Assembly (NCBI RefSeq): GCF_009914755.1
Contig: NC_060928.1
Source: the human T2T-CHM13v2.0 reference genome, Homo sapiens
Reading direction: 5' to 3' (one strand)
Length of the DNA stretch: 64,000 nt
Both the position numbers and the translations under genes were made by a program. This document shows positions 1 to 20,096 of the stretch, one piece after another. The first letter of the stretch is position 1. Each line of letters begins with the position of its first letter. A model generated the notes under the pieces. The model was not told the origin of the DNA, made no database searches, and worked only from the letters and a program-made list of their open reading frames with translations.

Positions 1-231
1 ACCCTCAAAGGAAAGCCCATCAGACTAACAGCGGATCTCTCGGCAGAAACCCTACAAGCCAGAAGAGAGTGGGGGCCAATATTCAACATTCTTAAAGAAA
101 AGAATTTTCAACCCAGAATTTCATATCCAGCCAAACTAAGCTTCATAAGTGAAGGAGAAATAAAATACTTTATAGACAAGCAAATGTTGAGAGATTTTGT
201 CACCACCAGGCCTGCCCTAAAAGAGCTCCTG

Positions 232-237
<6 letters not shown>
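1..237 (+). pseudogene. L1 ORF1p C-terminal part, prematurely terminated by the Alu insertion
   Basis: Frame 1 reads TLKGKPIRLTADLSAETLQARREWGP...YPAKLSF...RPALKELL, then Alu-derived CTG TAA (stop 235-237). The last 21 codons ([21 protein letters not shown]) are displaced to 528-593. Confidence 0.95.
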
Positions 238-514
<277 letters not shown>

Positions 515-632
515 AAAAGAGCTCCTGAAGGAAGCGCTAAACATGGAAAGGAACAACCGGTACCAGCCGCTGCAAAATCATGCCAAAATGTAAAGACCAT
601 CGAGACTAGGAAGAAACTGCATCAACTAATGA

Positions 633-4484
<3,852 letters not shown>

Positions 4485-4709
4485 ACAATGAGATCACATG
4501 GACACAGGAAGGGGAATATCACACTCTGGGGACTGTGGTGGGGTCGGGGGAGGGGGGAGGGATAGCATTGGGAGATATACCTAATGCTAGATGACACATT
4601 AGTGGGTGCAGCGCACCAGCATGGCACATGTATACATATGTAACTAACCTGCACAATGTGCACATGTACCCTAAAACTTAGAGTATAAAAAAAAAAAAAA
4701 AAAAAAAAA

Positions 4710-5107
4710 GAAATTTATTGTCTTATAGTTGTGGAGGCTAGAAGTTCAAGATCAAGGTGTGGGCAAGATTGGTTCTTTCTGAGAGCTATGAAGAAGAATC
4801 TCGTTGATGCCTCCCCCTAGCTTCTTGTGGTTTGCTGGCAATTTTGGGCATTCATTGGCTTGCAGATGCATCACGTAATTTCTGCCTTCATCTTCACATG
4901 GCATTCTCGCTGTCTGCATGTCTGACTCCAAATTTCCCTTTTCTATGAGGACACCAGTAATACTGGATTAGAGGTTCACTCCTCTGGTATGACCTCATCT
5001 TAATTATGTCTGCAATGACCCTATTTCCAAATAAGATCACATTCTGAGGTATTGGGGCTTAGGAATTCAGCATATGTATTTTGGGGAGCACAGTTCAGCA
5101 TGTGACA
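4710..5107 (-). mobile_element. MLT1 (MLT1C-like) MaLR LTR; the L1HS inserted into it
   Basis: GAAATTTATTGTCTTATAGTT...GGAGGCTAGAAGTTCAAGATCAAGGTG...GACCCTATTTCCAAATAAG matches MLT1 reverse complement; the remaining LTR end should lie upstream of the L1. Confidence 0.8.
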
Positions 5108-5135
5108 TTTGGCGTGGCTGGAGAATTGAAAATAA

Positions 5136-5439
<304 letters not shown>

Positions 5440-5466
5440 GAAAATAAGACTTAAAAGAACAGAGTA

Positions 5467-6113
<647 letters not shown>

Positions 6114-6585
6114 TTCACAGTAGTTAACTTTAAAGGGAAAGATTATGAGGTCTACTTTATAAAATATCTGTTATTTTAATTTTACTAATAAGCATGTAGT
6201 ACTATTGGAGATCTCCTGAAAAAGTGCCCCTCTTCTTTACCTGAGACCTAAACCAATGGTGAAATATGACAAAATAGTAATGCAAACAGAGCTCTAAATG
6301 ACAAAATGAAGTCCTATTAGAGAACATTCACAGGCAAGTGGCTTCCAGCTTCCCCCACCCTGCAACCTGGGACACAGCCTTGAAGGTGTGGGAGGGACTG
6401 AGACAAGGATGCATCTTTCTTCTTTGACACGCCTCACTCAAACTGAGTCATTTCTCCACCTTAAAAGCACAGACAGAAAAAATGAGATAATGGGCAGAGT
6501 AAGATCAGAGTAATATTAGACATGAGGTCAGATGGGAATGAAGTGTTTTCCCTGCCCACAGTTACTTATTTATGCTCTGAGCTAT

Positions 6586-7090
6586 CAAAGATGTCCATGT
6601 CCTAATCCCTGGACCCTGTGAATATTTTCTTATATGGCAGAGCCACTTTGCAGATGTAATGAAATTAAGGCTCTTGAGATGAGGAGGTTGTCCTGGATTA
6701 TCTGGGTGGGCCATAAATGTTATCACAAGTGTCCTCATAAGAGAGACTCAGAGAGGTTGACTACAGAACAGGAAAAGATGATGGGACAATGGAAGTCATG
6801 GGAGAGATGGAGAGAGATTTGAAGATGCTATGCTGCTGGCTTTGAAGATGCAGGAAGGGGCCATGAGCCAAGGAATGCAGGCAGCCTCTAGAAGCTGAAA
6901 AAGGCAAGGAAACAAATTCTTCCCTCAAAGGCTCCAGAAGGAACAAGCCCTGCCAGCATCTTGACTTTTGTCCAGTGAAACTGATTTCAGACTTCTGACT
7001 TCCAGCACTGGAAGGCGATACATTTGTGCTGTGTTAAGCCACCCAAGTTTGTGTTAATGTGTTACAGCAGTAACAGGAAACTAATATATA
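6586..7090 (+). mobile_element. MLT1D-like MaLR LTR
   Basis: AAAGATGTCCATGTCCTAATCCCTGG...CTGGATTATCTGGGTGGGC...GCCAAGGAATGCAGGCAGCCTCTAGAAGCTG...GGAAACTAATA. Confidence 0.8.
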
Positions 7091-10016
7091 ATCCTAAATA
7101 TTCAATAATATGTTTGCATCTTTACTCAAAATATGTAGAGGGTTCTGCTAACTATAATTAGTACAAAATATAATCCACATCTTTTTTCTTCTTTACAATT
7201 ATACAATATACTAAACTCTGCTTAAGACAATGATCTACTTTTCTCTCAAATGCGGTGAAATCTAATTTACCTGGTAATGTGGCTAATGGGAAAAGCATAT
7301 CCATAAATTGTCCAAATATTGAAATATCCTTTTAAAGTGCCAACACTTGAACATTTGATCATTTTTAAATTTTTCTTAAAAGAATCAAATATTTCCTTAT
7401 TCTTTTATTAAATAGGCCATTCTGAACACATTTGAGCTTTGTTTTTTTTTTTTTTTTGCAATTAAGAGTCATAAATGTGACTATATAAAATAGGACCTGT
7501 GTATTCAAATGTCCTTAACATATTTAGATGTGATATACCGCTGTAGACTTCTATTTCAAAGTACTCCAAAACTTCTATGGTATCTGAATTCTTTGGTTAG
7601 ATTATTCTAATTTTTCTGCCTCCTTCTTTACTCTCTGGTATAAGAGAGCAAAGCTTCTTACCCTCACAGAGTGGTATACCTCTGTGTCCCTGCTTTTACG
7701 ACTGCTTTTAGCAAGCTCTAGCTTTTCTTAATTGCTGCTTCTAATGTATAACTAAATAGGAAATTAGAAAAGAAAGCTTGTAACAATAGTTTCTGAAATA
7801 AATAAGAGCTAAGCTTTCTAAGAGGCTTTCTTGAGAGTAAACTATATATCTGGCCGTACAAAGCCCCCATCAGTGAATTACCAGTATCTGAAGTGATCTG
7901 TTTTTCTGTCTGTCAGGCAATGAGCTTTCTGAAGGCAAGCACTGTATTTACTATGAAAATTTAGAAGACCAATAATTTACTGTTCACCTACTATGTGCCA
8001 GGCGTCACCACTCCTTCCCTCTGCAGGGCTATGGCACGTAGCATACATTCAGCAGAGTACATGGCAATATTTCACAATTCCAATGTTTGTAAAATGCAGA
8101 ACTTAAATCATGCTTGTCACTGCATGCATCTCCCTCAAACGATACAATAAAAGGGCAGGGCATTCACCGCTGATTCCCAGGAACAGAAACCACTAACAAA
8201 TGTATCTCGTTAGTCTGCTGTCAGGAGCAAGATTTTTATCAGGAATGTTATATTTCTGAAGACACCAGAATAATTTCCTCCTAATAAATTTCCATCTTAT
8301 TCAGAAAAGCTGAGATTCTGCCAGGAGCTCAGAGCCTCCTGGGGGTAGGGCTCCGGCAGCTTTGTACTGCCGGATTAGATGTGTGTGCACGTCTGCGAAA
8401 GGCTGGGATGAACCCAGCACACGAAAACACATTGGGGCATTTAAAGCAAGAGCACAGTGGCACTCGTAGCCTGGGTATAGGTTCCAAGTACCCTTTTAAA
8501 AGGACCTAAAATATGATTTAATGGACTTGCTTCCCCTCCCAGTAGAGGAGGAAGTGGGTTTGCCTGCCTATTCATTCTTGCAAAGAGGAAAGTAAATATA
8601 TTCCTATATTCATTTTAGACTTGATTCATGGAAGTTTGAAACACTGTTAATGCTGCATGGTTTGTATTTTTGGTTTTGTTATCTCCAGTTTGAGGTTTTC
8701 TTATACATGCTCCATTTGCACGAGCACTCATTCCAAATATGTCAAGAAAACACACCCAAGAAGAGAATTTCTGAAGGCCCTAATGGATTAATTCCTGCAA
8801 AGGATATAAGATACATTTAACTGTTTAAACATGGATGGCATTTTTAAAAACCAGATAAGAAAAAACTCAGTCTTTCTCTTCTTTCCTTTGCTTACAGCTT
8901 CTCCTCAATTCTTTAATAAACAGAAGAAGAGTCTTGGGATCCTTTTCCTCCTTTTATTGAGTAATGTTCTACTTTTTACTGATCCCAAACTATATTTAAA
9001 CTCCAAATTCTTTTCTCCTCCCCCAAGAGATTACCAAGCATGCTATTCCAAACAATAGCTAATGAAATGAAGAGGAATAGCATGGCTTAAAAAAAAAAAA
9101 AAAAAAAAAAGAAATGTCATTCTAGCCTGCAAACTAATTTCATTTGTGATTTAGCCTGGCACCTTTCCCCCTAGAACTTCCCTGGGGAAAGGATGAATGG
9201 CCATCTCAACATTGCATAAAAATTAGTATCAGGCTACAAATTATTGGACCTTATTAGAGATTTCTTTTAAGTAAATTAAGGTTATAGATCACAATCTTCC
9301 AAGAGGCTTGAATGTTTTGAATTCTCCAAACTCAGAGAATATTTAAAATTTCCTGAAATCTAATAGTAAATATAATTAGAAGACAGGACCTGGTTGTTAC
9401 AAACCCAGCTCCTTTTTTGTGGCACTCACATTAAAAAAAAAATAAAAATGAGATGATGGATCTTATAATTAAAAGATATTTGGCAAATAAAATTGATCAC
9501 ATGGTTAGCAAATCGTACATTAGGAGTGTACCACCAATTCTCTAATCTGTCAGATCACCAGGAAATTTAAAAGATGCTATTGCTTGTGTGCATGTGTGTA
9601 CACATACTCACATTTGTGTGTGTGTATACTTGGATTTGTGTTTGTGCCTGTGTATTTCAAGCCACACAAGGGCTGTTCATATTTCCTCCACCCAGACACA
9701 TCTATGTTTATGTTCTATGTCTTTGTTTCTTCAGTCATCAGTTTTAAGCTAAATTTTATTGCGTTTTCTGCATCTTTCAAGTAGCAAGCTGATATTAAAC
9801 TCCAATGTTCACATAATATTGAGGAAATCTACACATTACTGCCAAGCACAGTGACTACACATTTCACATTTCATGTTAATTTTACAAAAATGTTAGCCAT
9901 GTCTAGGTGGAAATGCTATTCTTTCAGGGGAAGTGCCTACCTTACAGATAGGTTCCCATACATTCGCAATGACTTCCTTCCAAAATCATCTTTATCTCAT
10001 TCCCCTACATCCTAGA

Positions 10017-11471
10017 TGTCTTAGTCCATTTGTACTACTATAAAGAAATACCAGAGGCTGGGTAATTTATAAAGAAAAAAAGGTTTATTTGGCTCATGAT
10101 TCTGCTGGTGGGAAGATTGGGCATCTGGTGAAAGCTTCAGGCTGCCTCCACTTGTGGCAGAAGGTGAAAGGGAGTCGGTGTATGCAGAGATCACATGACA
10201 GGAAAGGAGGCAACAGAGGGTGAGAGGAAAGGTGCCAGGCTCTTTTTAAGCACCAGTTCTTGTGGAAACTAATAGTGAGTGAGCAAAAATAATGAGTGAG
10301 CAAGAACTCATTCACTGCTATGAGGAGCACCATGTCATTCATAAGGGATCTTCCCTACGATCCAAACACTTCCCATTAGGCCCCACCTCCAACACTGGGG
10401 GGTCAAACTTCAACATGGGGTGTGGGGAGATGAACATCCAAACTATAGCATTCCAGTCCTGGTCCTCCAAAACTCATGTTCTTCTGAGAGTAGAAAATAC
10501 AATCATCTCTCTCAGTCATTTTCAAAAGTCTTAACTTTTCCAGCATCAACTCAAAAGTCCGAAGTTGAAAGTTTCATCTAAGACTCAAGGCAAGTTTCTT
10601 GCAGCTATGAATCCGTAAAAAACTTACAAACAAGTAAAAAAAACCAAGTTATTTACTTCCAAGATACAATGGTGGTACGGGTGTTAGGTAAACATTTCCA
10701 TTCCAAAAGGGAGAAGACTTCTAGAATGACTTCACAGTCTTTTTCACATTGTTTTCACTATTAGCACCTGACTCCCTTTTGGTCACACTAATCTCTCTAG
10801 CAAGTGGTTGCTCCATATCACACATGGATTTCTCTTTTGAAAATGCTCTTTCCTTTCCTATCATATGGCAATGCTACAAATTTTCCAAATTTTTACACTC
10901 TGCTTTTTTAAAACTATAACTTAGGTAATTTCTTCACTGCCATTATCTTATTGTAAGCTATCAAAAGTAGGCATGCCACTTCTTGAGTGCCTTGCTACTT
11001 AGAAATTACTCCCACCAGATATCCTAGGTCATCACTCTTAAGTTTGGGTTTCCACAAATTTTTATGGCGTGGACATAATGCACCCAAGTTCTTTGCTTAA
11101 ATGTAACAAGTGTGACTTTTGTTTCATTTCCGAATAAGTTCTTCATTTCCATCAGACTTCATCAGCATGGCCTTTACTGTCTATATATCTACTTGCGTTT
11201 GGGTCACAACTACTTAACCAATCTCTAAGTAGTTCCAAACTTTTCCTAATCTACCTGTCTTTTTCCTGAGCCCTCTAAACTCTTCCAACTTCTGCCCATT
11301 AGCCAGTTCCAAAGCCACTTCCACATTTTCGTGTATCTCTATAGTAACACCCTAACCCTTGGTACTAATTTTCTTAGCCAATGACCCAAACACCTCCCAT
11401 TAGGCCCCACATTCAAAATTGGTAGTTGAATTTCAGCATTAAGTTTGGGGGAATAAACATCAAACTGTAGA
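10017..11471 (-). mobile_element. MST MaLR element: LTR (10017-10450), internally deleted MST-int, partial second LTR (about 11380-11471)
   Basis: LTR TGTCTTAGTCCATTTG...CCAAACTATAGCA, then MaLR internal sequence, then a second CCCAAACACCTCCCATTAGGCCCCAC LTR piece. Confidence 0.75.
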
Positions 11472-11626
11472 ACTAGGGGATGGCCCACCCCCATTGTTCT
11501 CGAAGACTTATCATTGAGGAACCTCACCTTCTATATATAGTTCAAGTTTCGTGTAATAAGAGAAAGATGGTCTGCACAGCTGCTCACTCTTTGCAGTGAT
11601 AGTTTTAAAGAAAGAAAAGGAAGAGG

Positions 11627-12040
11627 TGTATTAGGCCATTTGCATTGCTATAAAGGAATACCTGAAAGTGGGTAATTTACAAGGAAAAAAGGTTTGTTTG
11701 GCTCAGGATTCTGCAGGCTGTGTAGGAAGTATGGTGCCAGCATCTGCTTCTGGTGAGGCTCCAGGAAGATTTCCATCATGGTGGAAGGTGAAGGGGGAGC
11801 AGGGGAATCACATGATGAGAGATGAAGCAAGAGAGAAGAGGAGGTGCTGTATTCTTTCAAGCAACCAGATCTAGCATAAACTCAGAGTGAGAACTCACTC
11901 ACTATCATGAGGACAGTACCAAGACATTCATGAAGGATCTACCCCTATGACTCAACCACCTCCTCACAGGCCCCACCTGCAACATTGAGGATCACATTTC
12001 AGCATGACATTTGGTGGGGACGCACATCCAAACTATACCA
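11627..12040 (-). mobile_element. MSTB-like solo LTR
   Basis: TGTATTAGGCCATTTGCATTGCTATAAAGGAATACCTGA...CATCCAAACTATACCA. Confidence 0.8.
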
Positions 12041-12269
12041 GGGGGTGAGTATGTTCAAGTTGCTCTAGCCCCGTCTCTGCTCCTTTCCTGCCACCACACC
12101 ATTCTGAAGACTATACCTCACATACTGCTGCCCCAATCCTCCCTGACTAATGTTGGGGAAGAGCCCTGGCTGAGAGTATAAAGGCCTGAGTCCCACTCCC
12201 AGGTCTGACACTAACAGGCAAAAGTAAACTTCCTGGGATCTCTCTAATGGCTATGCATAATGCTTCGCT

Positions 12270-12420
12270 CTCTAAGTGTGCTACCTCATTTCATCCTCAT
12301 GATGCCCTATGAAGTAGGCACTGGTATTAACTCTACTCCAGTTTATGAAACTGAAGCTCAGAAAAGTTAAGTGATTTGCCCAATAAGGGAAACAGGATTT
12401 TAACTTAAGCATTAGTACCC
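12270..12420 (-). mobile_element. MIR SINE fragment
   Basis: CTCATTTCATCCTCA...GAAACTGAAGCTCAGAAAAGTTAAGTGATTTGCCCAA MIR core. Confidence 0.7.
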
Positions 12421-12913
12421 AGTGTTGCCGAGTTGAATGGGCCACCCACGACTCCCAGTTTCTTTGTCTGTTACACAAGTGGGCCAAATGGATTTCCACA
12501 TTTCCTTCCAGCTCTTATATTTTAAAATATTTGCTCTTTCTCTAGTTTGTATGTCAAGTTTTAAAGAAGCCAAAAGTCTTGCCATCATGTTGGGGATATA
12601 ACCTCATCCTGAGGCTCTGCAGTGGGATTCTCAGGGGTCATATATATATTCTCAAGAAGATTAACAAGAAGTTAACACAAATCCTAAATAAAAGGTAGTA
12701 TAAAAAAGTATGCCCCATTTCCAACTGCAAAATATTTACAATGAGATTCAAATTTTTTAATTCTTAATTTATGACTGCCTGCTGAAAATACATACCATTT
12801 CTGTAAAGTGTTAATTTTCTAAAAGTTCTCCATTACAGAATTTTGTGCAGTATTAATTCATTTGGCTAAAAGAATGCCTTTTCTACATGCTTAGAAAAAT
12901 AAAAATCTGGAAA

Positions 12914-12914
12914 G

Positions 12915-12974
<60 letters not shown>

Positions 12975-13030
12975 GTATATATATTATATATATACATAGA
13001 AAGATAGAAAGAGCATATATATATATATAG
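12914..13030. repeat. Compound (TA)n(CA)n(TA)n microsatellite
   Basis: Directly visible. Confidence 0.95.
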
Positions 13031-13369
13031 CAAGCTCATGACATTATTGTTGGGTGGTTGGTGACTTAAAACCCTTTTTGTTGTTGGTGGTGCATCTGAT
13101 TTTTCCATAAATGTACATGACTTTTGTAAAAAGAAGAATAAAGAACAATAAATTAAAAAATAAAAACGCCAAATTCCATTTTCCCCTGTCTAAAATTCCT
13201 ACCATTTTAAATTGAGGAAGAAAACACAGGACAGAGGGTAAAGGATGGGGAAGAGATTTCCCTGAGACTGAATCCAAATTGCACAGACTTCCACTGTGCT
13301 TAATTGAGGAGGGTGGTGATGGACAGAGAGAGTCTTACGTCTCTCTGCAAGGAGTTTTCTCCAGAGGAC

Positions 13370-13400
<31 letters not shown>

Positions 13401-13464
13401 CCAGGGCAGCTGATGGCCTGAAAATGAGATTAGAGAGCCTGTACCTTCTTCTAATTATACACTA

Positions 13465-13732
13465 CAGATCCACAATTCCTTCTTTGGAATTCCAAAATCC
13501 AAAATACTCAGAAAATTAAAAATTGGAAGCTTTCTTCAAGACTCATTTGGCTCCAAAACCTAACCTTTTACTGACAGCTTTTAGCCCACGTTGTGTGATA
13601 ATTAATATAATTTTTGAAGAAGTAGTATGGCCGGATTACTGTATACAATGAGTTGCTTTCCTAAAATTTAAATAATCCTAAATTCCAAACTGCATCTGAC
13701 CCTAGAATCTTGGCTGAGGGCCCAGGGACCTG
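13465..13732 (-). mobile_element. Non-autonomous TcMar-Tigger element (MER46C-like)
   Basis: Degenerate terminal inverted repeats TA|CAGATCCACAATTCCTT and ...GGGACCTG; internal CTCATTTGGCTCCAAAACC. Confidence 0.55.
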
Positions 13733-14977
13733 AACCAAACTGAAGGTTTGGTTCCATTTAAACCTTACAAGGGGTCATGGCTTAATAGTGTACACAAGCG
13801 ATATCTCTCTCAATTTTCCAGCTAAGGTTATTCCTCATGAAATATATCATGTTGGATTTTTCAAAGGAATGCAGAGTACAATCTTGGAAGGACAAGACTA
13901 AGAAGAGAACCTCATGGGGAAATGAAAATATTAAAACAAATAAAAAATAATTGCGAAATAAATAAATCACTTTTTCCTCTCTTTGCCTAGAAAATAGCCC
14001 TGTATTTCAAATTACAACTGCCCTTGAATGTTCTTTTTTTCTTTTCAACCCTATACATTTTAAAGCATGTTCTTATTTGATATATACGATCCTCTTATTG
14101 GCAATAGTTTTATGAATAGGATACACATATAAGATGACAGAGTTGAGCATATTTTTATAGATAGGTGCGCTAACCTTCATACACATTCCAGGTGATTACA
14201 TTCCATAGGATGCCAGAAAGCATATCAAGAAGAGAAACTACTTTAGGCATCCTAACTTGGGCAAATGCATCTCTTCTATCAAAACATTTTTTTTTACCTT
14301 GCAACACAAAGATGGTAGATGAAGAAAGATGTTGGTGAGATTATTAATATAGGACAGGCTAGTTCAAGGAGAGGTAGGCACCTTGTAGTCAAAACTTTTA
14401 AAGAACCTGAGCTACCAAATTCTGGGGCATTTTGTCCTATCAGGTCACAAACTCATCAAAGCAATTTTCAGTCTCAGTTACAGACTCAGATAGGACTGGC
14501 CTTTTCTTCACCCTGATGGCTCGCACTGTTCACAGATCAGGACAGATCTCTGTGCAGTAAGTTAGATCCAGCTTCAGTTAACTTAAGTCAACCAAGGGGG
14601 CCATATCTTCAAAAAAAGATTCATGCATTGACTATTTCACAGAGCAAAATTTGGCAACGTAATTTCTTGAAAGTTAATTGCCTTGGTTTTTGTCTTCTAT
14701 GTGAGTACCAAGCTCAGCAAAGAAAAAACAAGACAAAAATGACTTTTTAATTCAACCATGTGTCTACAGGTTTGTTAATGTCATCTCTTGATTCAGAATC
14801 TGTGAGCCGGAGCTTAGCTAAGATGCAAAGTACCAGTGCACAGCTCAAGGTTGTGCAAGGGAGAAACTGTGGAAGGAAATAACACGAGGGACAAGAAGAG
14901 ACGACTGAGGCATCTTTGGAGAAAGGGAATCTAAGGAGAGAGGGCAACAGTAGGTACAATGCAGTCAGAAGGGCCCA

Positions 14978-15165
14978 GACAAATCCTGGCTCTGAGATGG
15001 GAAAGCTGTGTGTCCTGGAGCTGGTTATTCAAACAGTCTGAGCAGTTTCCTGGTATTCAAAATGAAGGCATTCAGAACTGTCCTGCTGACATGAGGATTA
15101 AATGAAATCACATATGTAAAGAGTTGAACAAAGTGCCAGGCATGTAAGAACTCACTAAATTGTAC
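14978..15165 (+). mobile_element. MIR SINE
   Basis: AAATCCTGGCTCTG...GAGGATTAAATGA...ATGTAAAG...AGTGCCAGGCATG. Confidence 0.7.
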
Positions 15166-15613
15166 TTGTGCTAATATCCCAACTTACCCTCTCCACTCCC
15201 CCTACTTTCCTTGCACTGTAAATGAAATCAGAGTTTCAGGCTTACCTTTGTGAGTAAACAGAACTGTCTCTCCCCCATTCTTGCAGAAAGCCTCACAATT
15301 AAAAACTACAATAAAATGTTTACTCTTCATGTTTTATTTTAAACAGCCAACAAAAGTTTTTATCCACCTTTGCATTGCAGAAACCCTGCCGCTGATGGCA
15401 GGGAAGCAGACAAGAAGCTTTTAGCTGTCCCAGATTCTTGAGTTTTCTGCTGCTTGTTATAATTCTGCCTCACCCATAGCCTAAGTCCACATACTCTTGA
15501 CTGCAAAGCCTACAGGGCAGAGACTGTTCCGGTTTTATTCATTTATTCATCAAAGATTTATTGAGTATCTTCTACATGCCAGGCACTGAACCATATTGCA
15601 GAGCAGCTCAGGC

Positions 15614-15618
<5 letters not shown>

Positions 15619-15657
<39 letters not shown>
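15619..15657. repeat. (CA)n microsatellite beside an L2 3'-end fragment (about 15535-15590, minus)
   Basis: Directly visible; ATTCATTTATTCATCAAAGATTTATTGAG is the L2 tail. Confidence 0.85.
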
Positions 15658-15659
<2 letters not shown>

Positions 15660-16786
15660 CACAATGAGGAAAATATGCTAGAGGCTTATCAGGAAGCAGA
15701 AAGGAGAGGACATGTCCCCCTCAAGTGGACATGGGAGGGGCAGCAAGAAAGAAAGTTGCAGAATGGAGCTTCTTTATCACATGGCTTGGAGGGGCAAGAC
15801 TTTCCCAAAGCACTTCCTCTCATTCAAGGAAACTTCCAACTATGCAACCTGTCATTTGCTGTCTTCCTATAATTTATCATTATTAGTACTCACCTCCCCT
15901 CTCCCCTGTTTTCATTCATTGCTGTATCTCTAGCATCTTTGAATACTGTCTGGAGCAGGTAACGGGCATACCCCATTTTATGGCACTTCACTTTATTGTA
16001 CCTCCCAGATAGCATGCTGTTTAAACATTGAAGGTTGTGGCAACCCTACTTTAAGCAAGTCTATCAGTGCTATTTTTCTAACAGCATGGGCTCACTTTGT
16101 GTCTCTACATCACATTTTGATAATTCTCCCAATATTTCAAACTTTATTATTATTATTATTATATCTGCTACAGTGATCTGTGATCAGTGATCTTTGATGT
16201 CACTACTGTAATTAGTGAAGGCCATGAACTGCACCCATATAAGGCAGTGAACTTAACCAATAAATGTTGTGTGTTCTGACTGCTCCATTATTCAACCATT
16301 CTCCCTTTTCTCTCCTTCTCCTTAGGCCTCCATATTCCCTGAGACACAACAATATTGAAATTAGGCCAATTAATAACCTTACAATGGCCTGTAAGTGTTC
16401 AAGTGAAAGGAAGAGTCACACATCTCTCACTTTAAATCAAAAGCTAAAAATGATCAAGCTTAGTGAGGAAGGCAGATCAAAAGCTGAGATAAGCCAAAAG
16501 CTATGCCTTTTGTGCCAGTTATCCAAATCGTGAATGCAAAGGAATAGTTCTTGAAGGAAATTAAAAGTGCTACTCCAGTGAATAAGTAAATGATAAGACA
16601 GTGAAATAACCTTATTTCTGATACGGACGAAGTTTTAGTGATCTGGATAGAAGACCAAACCAGCCACATTTCCTTAAGCTAAAGCCTAGTCCAGAGAAAG
16701 GCTCTAAGAGTCTCTTTAATTCTATGAAGGCTGAGAGAGGTAAGGAAGCTACAGACAAAAAATTTGAAGCTAGCAGAATTTAGTTC

Positions 16787-17323
16787 ATGAGGTTTAAGGA
16801 AAGAAGCTGTCTCTGTAACATAAAAGTGCAAGATGAAGAAGCAAGTGCTGATGGAAAACCTGAAGCAAGTTATCCAGAAAATTTAGTTAAAATCATTGAT
16901 GAAGGTGGTTACACTAAACAACAGATTTTCAATATAAATAAAACAGCCTTCTACTGGCAGAAGATGTCATCTAGGACTTTCATAGCAAAAGAGAAGCCAA
17001 TGCCTGGCTTCAAAGCTTCAAAGAATAGGCTGACTCTCTTCTTAGGGGCAAATGTAGCTAGTGACTTTAAATTGAAGCCAACACTCACTTATCATTCAAA
17101 AAATCTTAAGACCCTTAAGAATTATGCTAAATCTACTATGCTTGTGCTCTACAAATGGAAAAACAAAGCCTGGAAGACAGAACATCTGTTTACAGCATTA
17201 TTGGCTGAATATTTCAAGCCTATATTTGAGACCTACTACTCAGAGAAAAAGATTTGTTTCCAAACATTACTACTCATTGACAATGCACCTGGTCACCCAA
17301 GAGCTTTGATGGAAACATACTAG
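16787..17323 (+). pseudogene. Tigger1 (pogo-like) transposase fragment, DDE region
   Basis: [13 protein letters not shown]...[11 protein letters not shown]...[11 protein letters not shown]; first catalytic DET motif decayed; bounded by stops. Confidence 0.85.
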
Positions 17324-17771
17324 GTTAATGCTGCTTTCACACCTGCTAACACAATATTAATTCTACAGCCCATGGATCAATAAGTAATCTCAACTTTCAA
17401 GTCTTATTATTTAAGAAATACATTTCATAAGGCTTTAGCTTCATAGATAGTGATTCCTCTGATGGATCTGGGCAAAGTAAATTGAAAGCCTTCTGAAAAG
17501 GATTCACCATTCTAGATACCATTAAGAAGATTTGTAATTCACGGACGAAGGTCAAAATATCAACATTGTATTAGTCCATTCTCATACTGCTATAAAGAAC
17601 TACCTGAGACTGGATAGTTTATGAATAAAAGAGGTTTAATTGGCTCACAGTTCCACAGGCTGTAAGGAAGCATGACTGGGAGGCCTCAGGACATTTACAG
17701 TCATGGCAGAAGGCGAAGGGAAAACAATATGTCTTACCATGATGGCAGGAGACAGAGGGCAAGGAAGGAAG

Positions 17772-18822
<1,051 letters not shown>

Positions 18823-19774
18823 GAGGTGCTACACACTTTCAAACAATCAGATCTCATGAGAACTTTATCTATCAGGAGAACAACAAAGAAGTCTGCCCCC
18901 ATGATCCAGTCACCTTCCGCCAGGCCCCTTCCCCGACATGTGGGGATTACAATTCAACATGAGATTTGGGTAGGCACACAGAGCCAAATCATATCAAACG
19001 TTAACAGAAGTTCAAAAGAAGTTGATTTCAACCCTCATGACTGACTTTGAGGGGTTCAAAACTTCAGTGCAGGAAGTACCTGCTGGTGTGGTTGAAACAG
19101 CAAGAGAATAGGAATTAGAAGTGGAGCCTGAAGATGTGCAATCTCATGATAAAACTTTAAAGAATGAGGAGTTGTTTCTTATGAATGAACAAAAACCATG
19201 GTTTCTTGAAATGGAATCTACTCCTGGTGAAGATGCTATGAACATTATTGAAATAAAAACAAAGGATTTAGAATATTATATAAACTGAGTTGATAAAGCA
19301 GTGGTAGGATTTGACAGGTTGACTCCAACTTTGAAAATCTTCTTCTGTGGGTAAAATGCTATCAAACAGCATTTCATGCTCCAGAGAAATTTTCCATGCA
19401 AGAAAAAGTTAACTGATGGGGGAAATTTTATTGTTATCTTATTTTAAGAAATTGCCACAAGCACCCCCAACTTTCAGCAGCCACCACCCTGATCAGTCAG
19501 CAGCCATCAACATGGAGGCAAGGCTCTCTACCAGCAAAACGATTATGATTTGCTGAAGGCTCAGGTGATATTGGCATTTTTAGCAATAAATTATTTTTAA
19601 ATTAAGGTATGTACTTTTTTTAAGACATACTGCACATTAAATACAGTGCAAACATAACTTTTATAGGCGCCAAGAAACAAAAACTTTTGTGTGACTCACC
19701 TGTTGCAATGTTTGTTTTATTGCAGTGGTCTGGAAGTGAACCTGCAATATCTCTAAGGTATTCCCACAGATGCT

Positions 19775-20096
19775 TGTTATGGGCTGCCTTGCACCCCCCA
19801 AAATTCATGATGATATCCTAACCCCTAGTGTCTCAAAAGGTGATTATGTTTGGAGACAGGGTATCTAAAGTTAGTAAGTTAAGTTACTAAGTTAATATGA
19901 GGTCATAAAAGTGGGTCCTAATCCAATATAACTGGTGTTCTTATAAAAAGAGGAGATTAGGACACAGACACAGAATGAAGACGATATAAAGACACAGGGA
20001 GAAGACAACAACCATCTGCAAGCCAGGGAGAGACGCCTCAGAAGAAACTATCCCCGTGGATACCTTGATCTTGGCCTTCTAACCTCTAGAACTGTG
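19775..20096 (+). mobile_element. MLT1B-like LTR, 3'-truncated
   Basis: TGTTATGGGCTG...CTAATCCAATATAACTGGTG...CCATCTGCAAGCCAGGGAGAG...CTAGAACTGTG. Confidence 0.75.

Noticed and set aside
9089-9110. Isolated 22-A tract as a poly(A)-only retroinsertion (similar tracts near 13370 and 33182)
   Set aside because: No discernible TSD; slippage explains it equally well.
14577-14592. Near-perfect 16-bp palindrome GTTAACTTAAGTCAAC
   Set aside because: Too short to exceed chance in 64 kb.
16787-17323. Possible domesticated TIGD-like gene
   Set aside because: Only a fragment between stops, with a decayed catalytic motif, inside an interrupted Tigger1.
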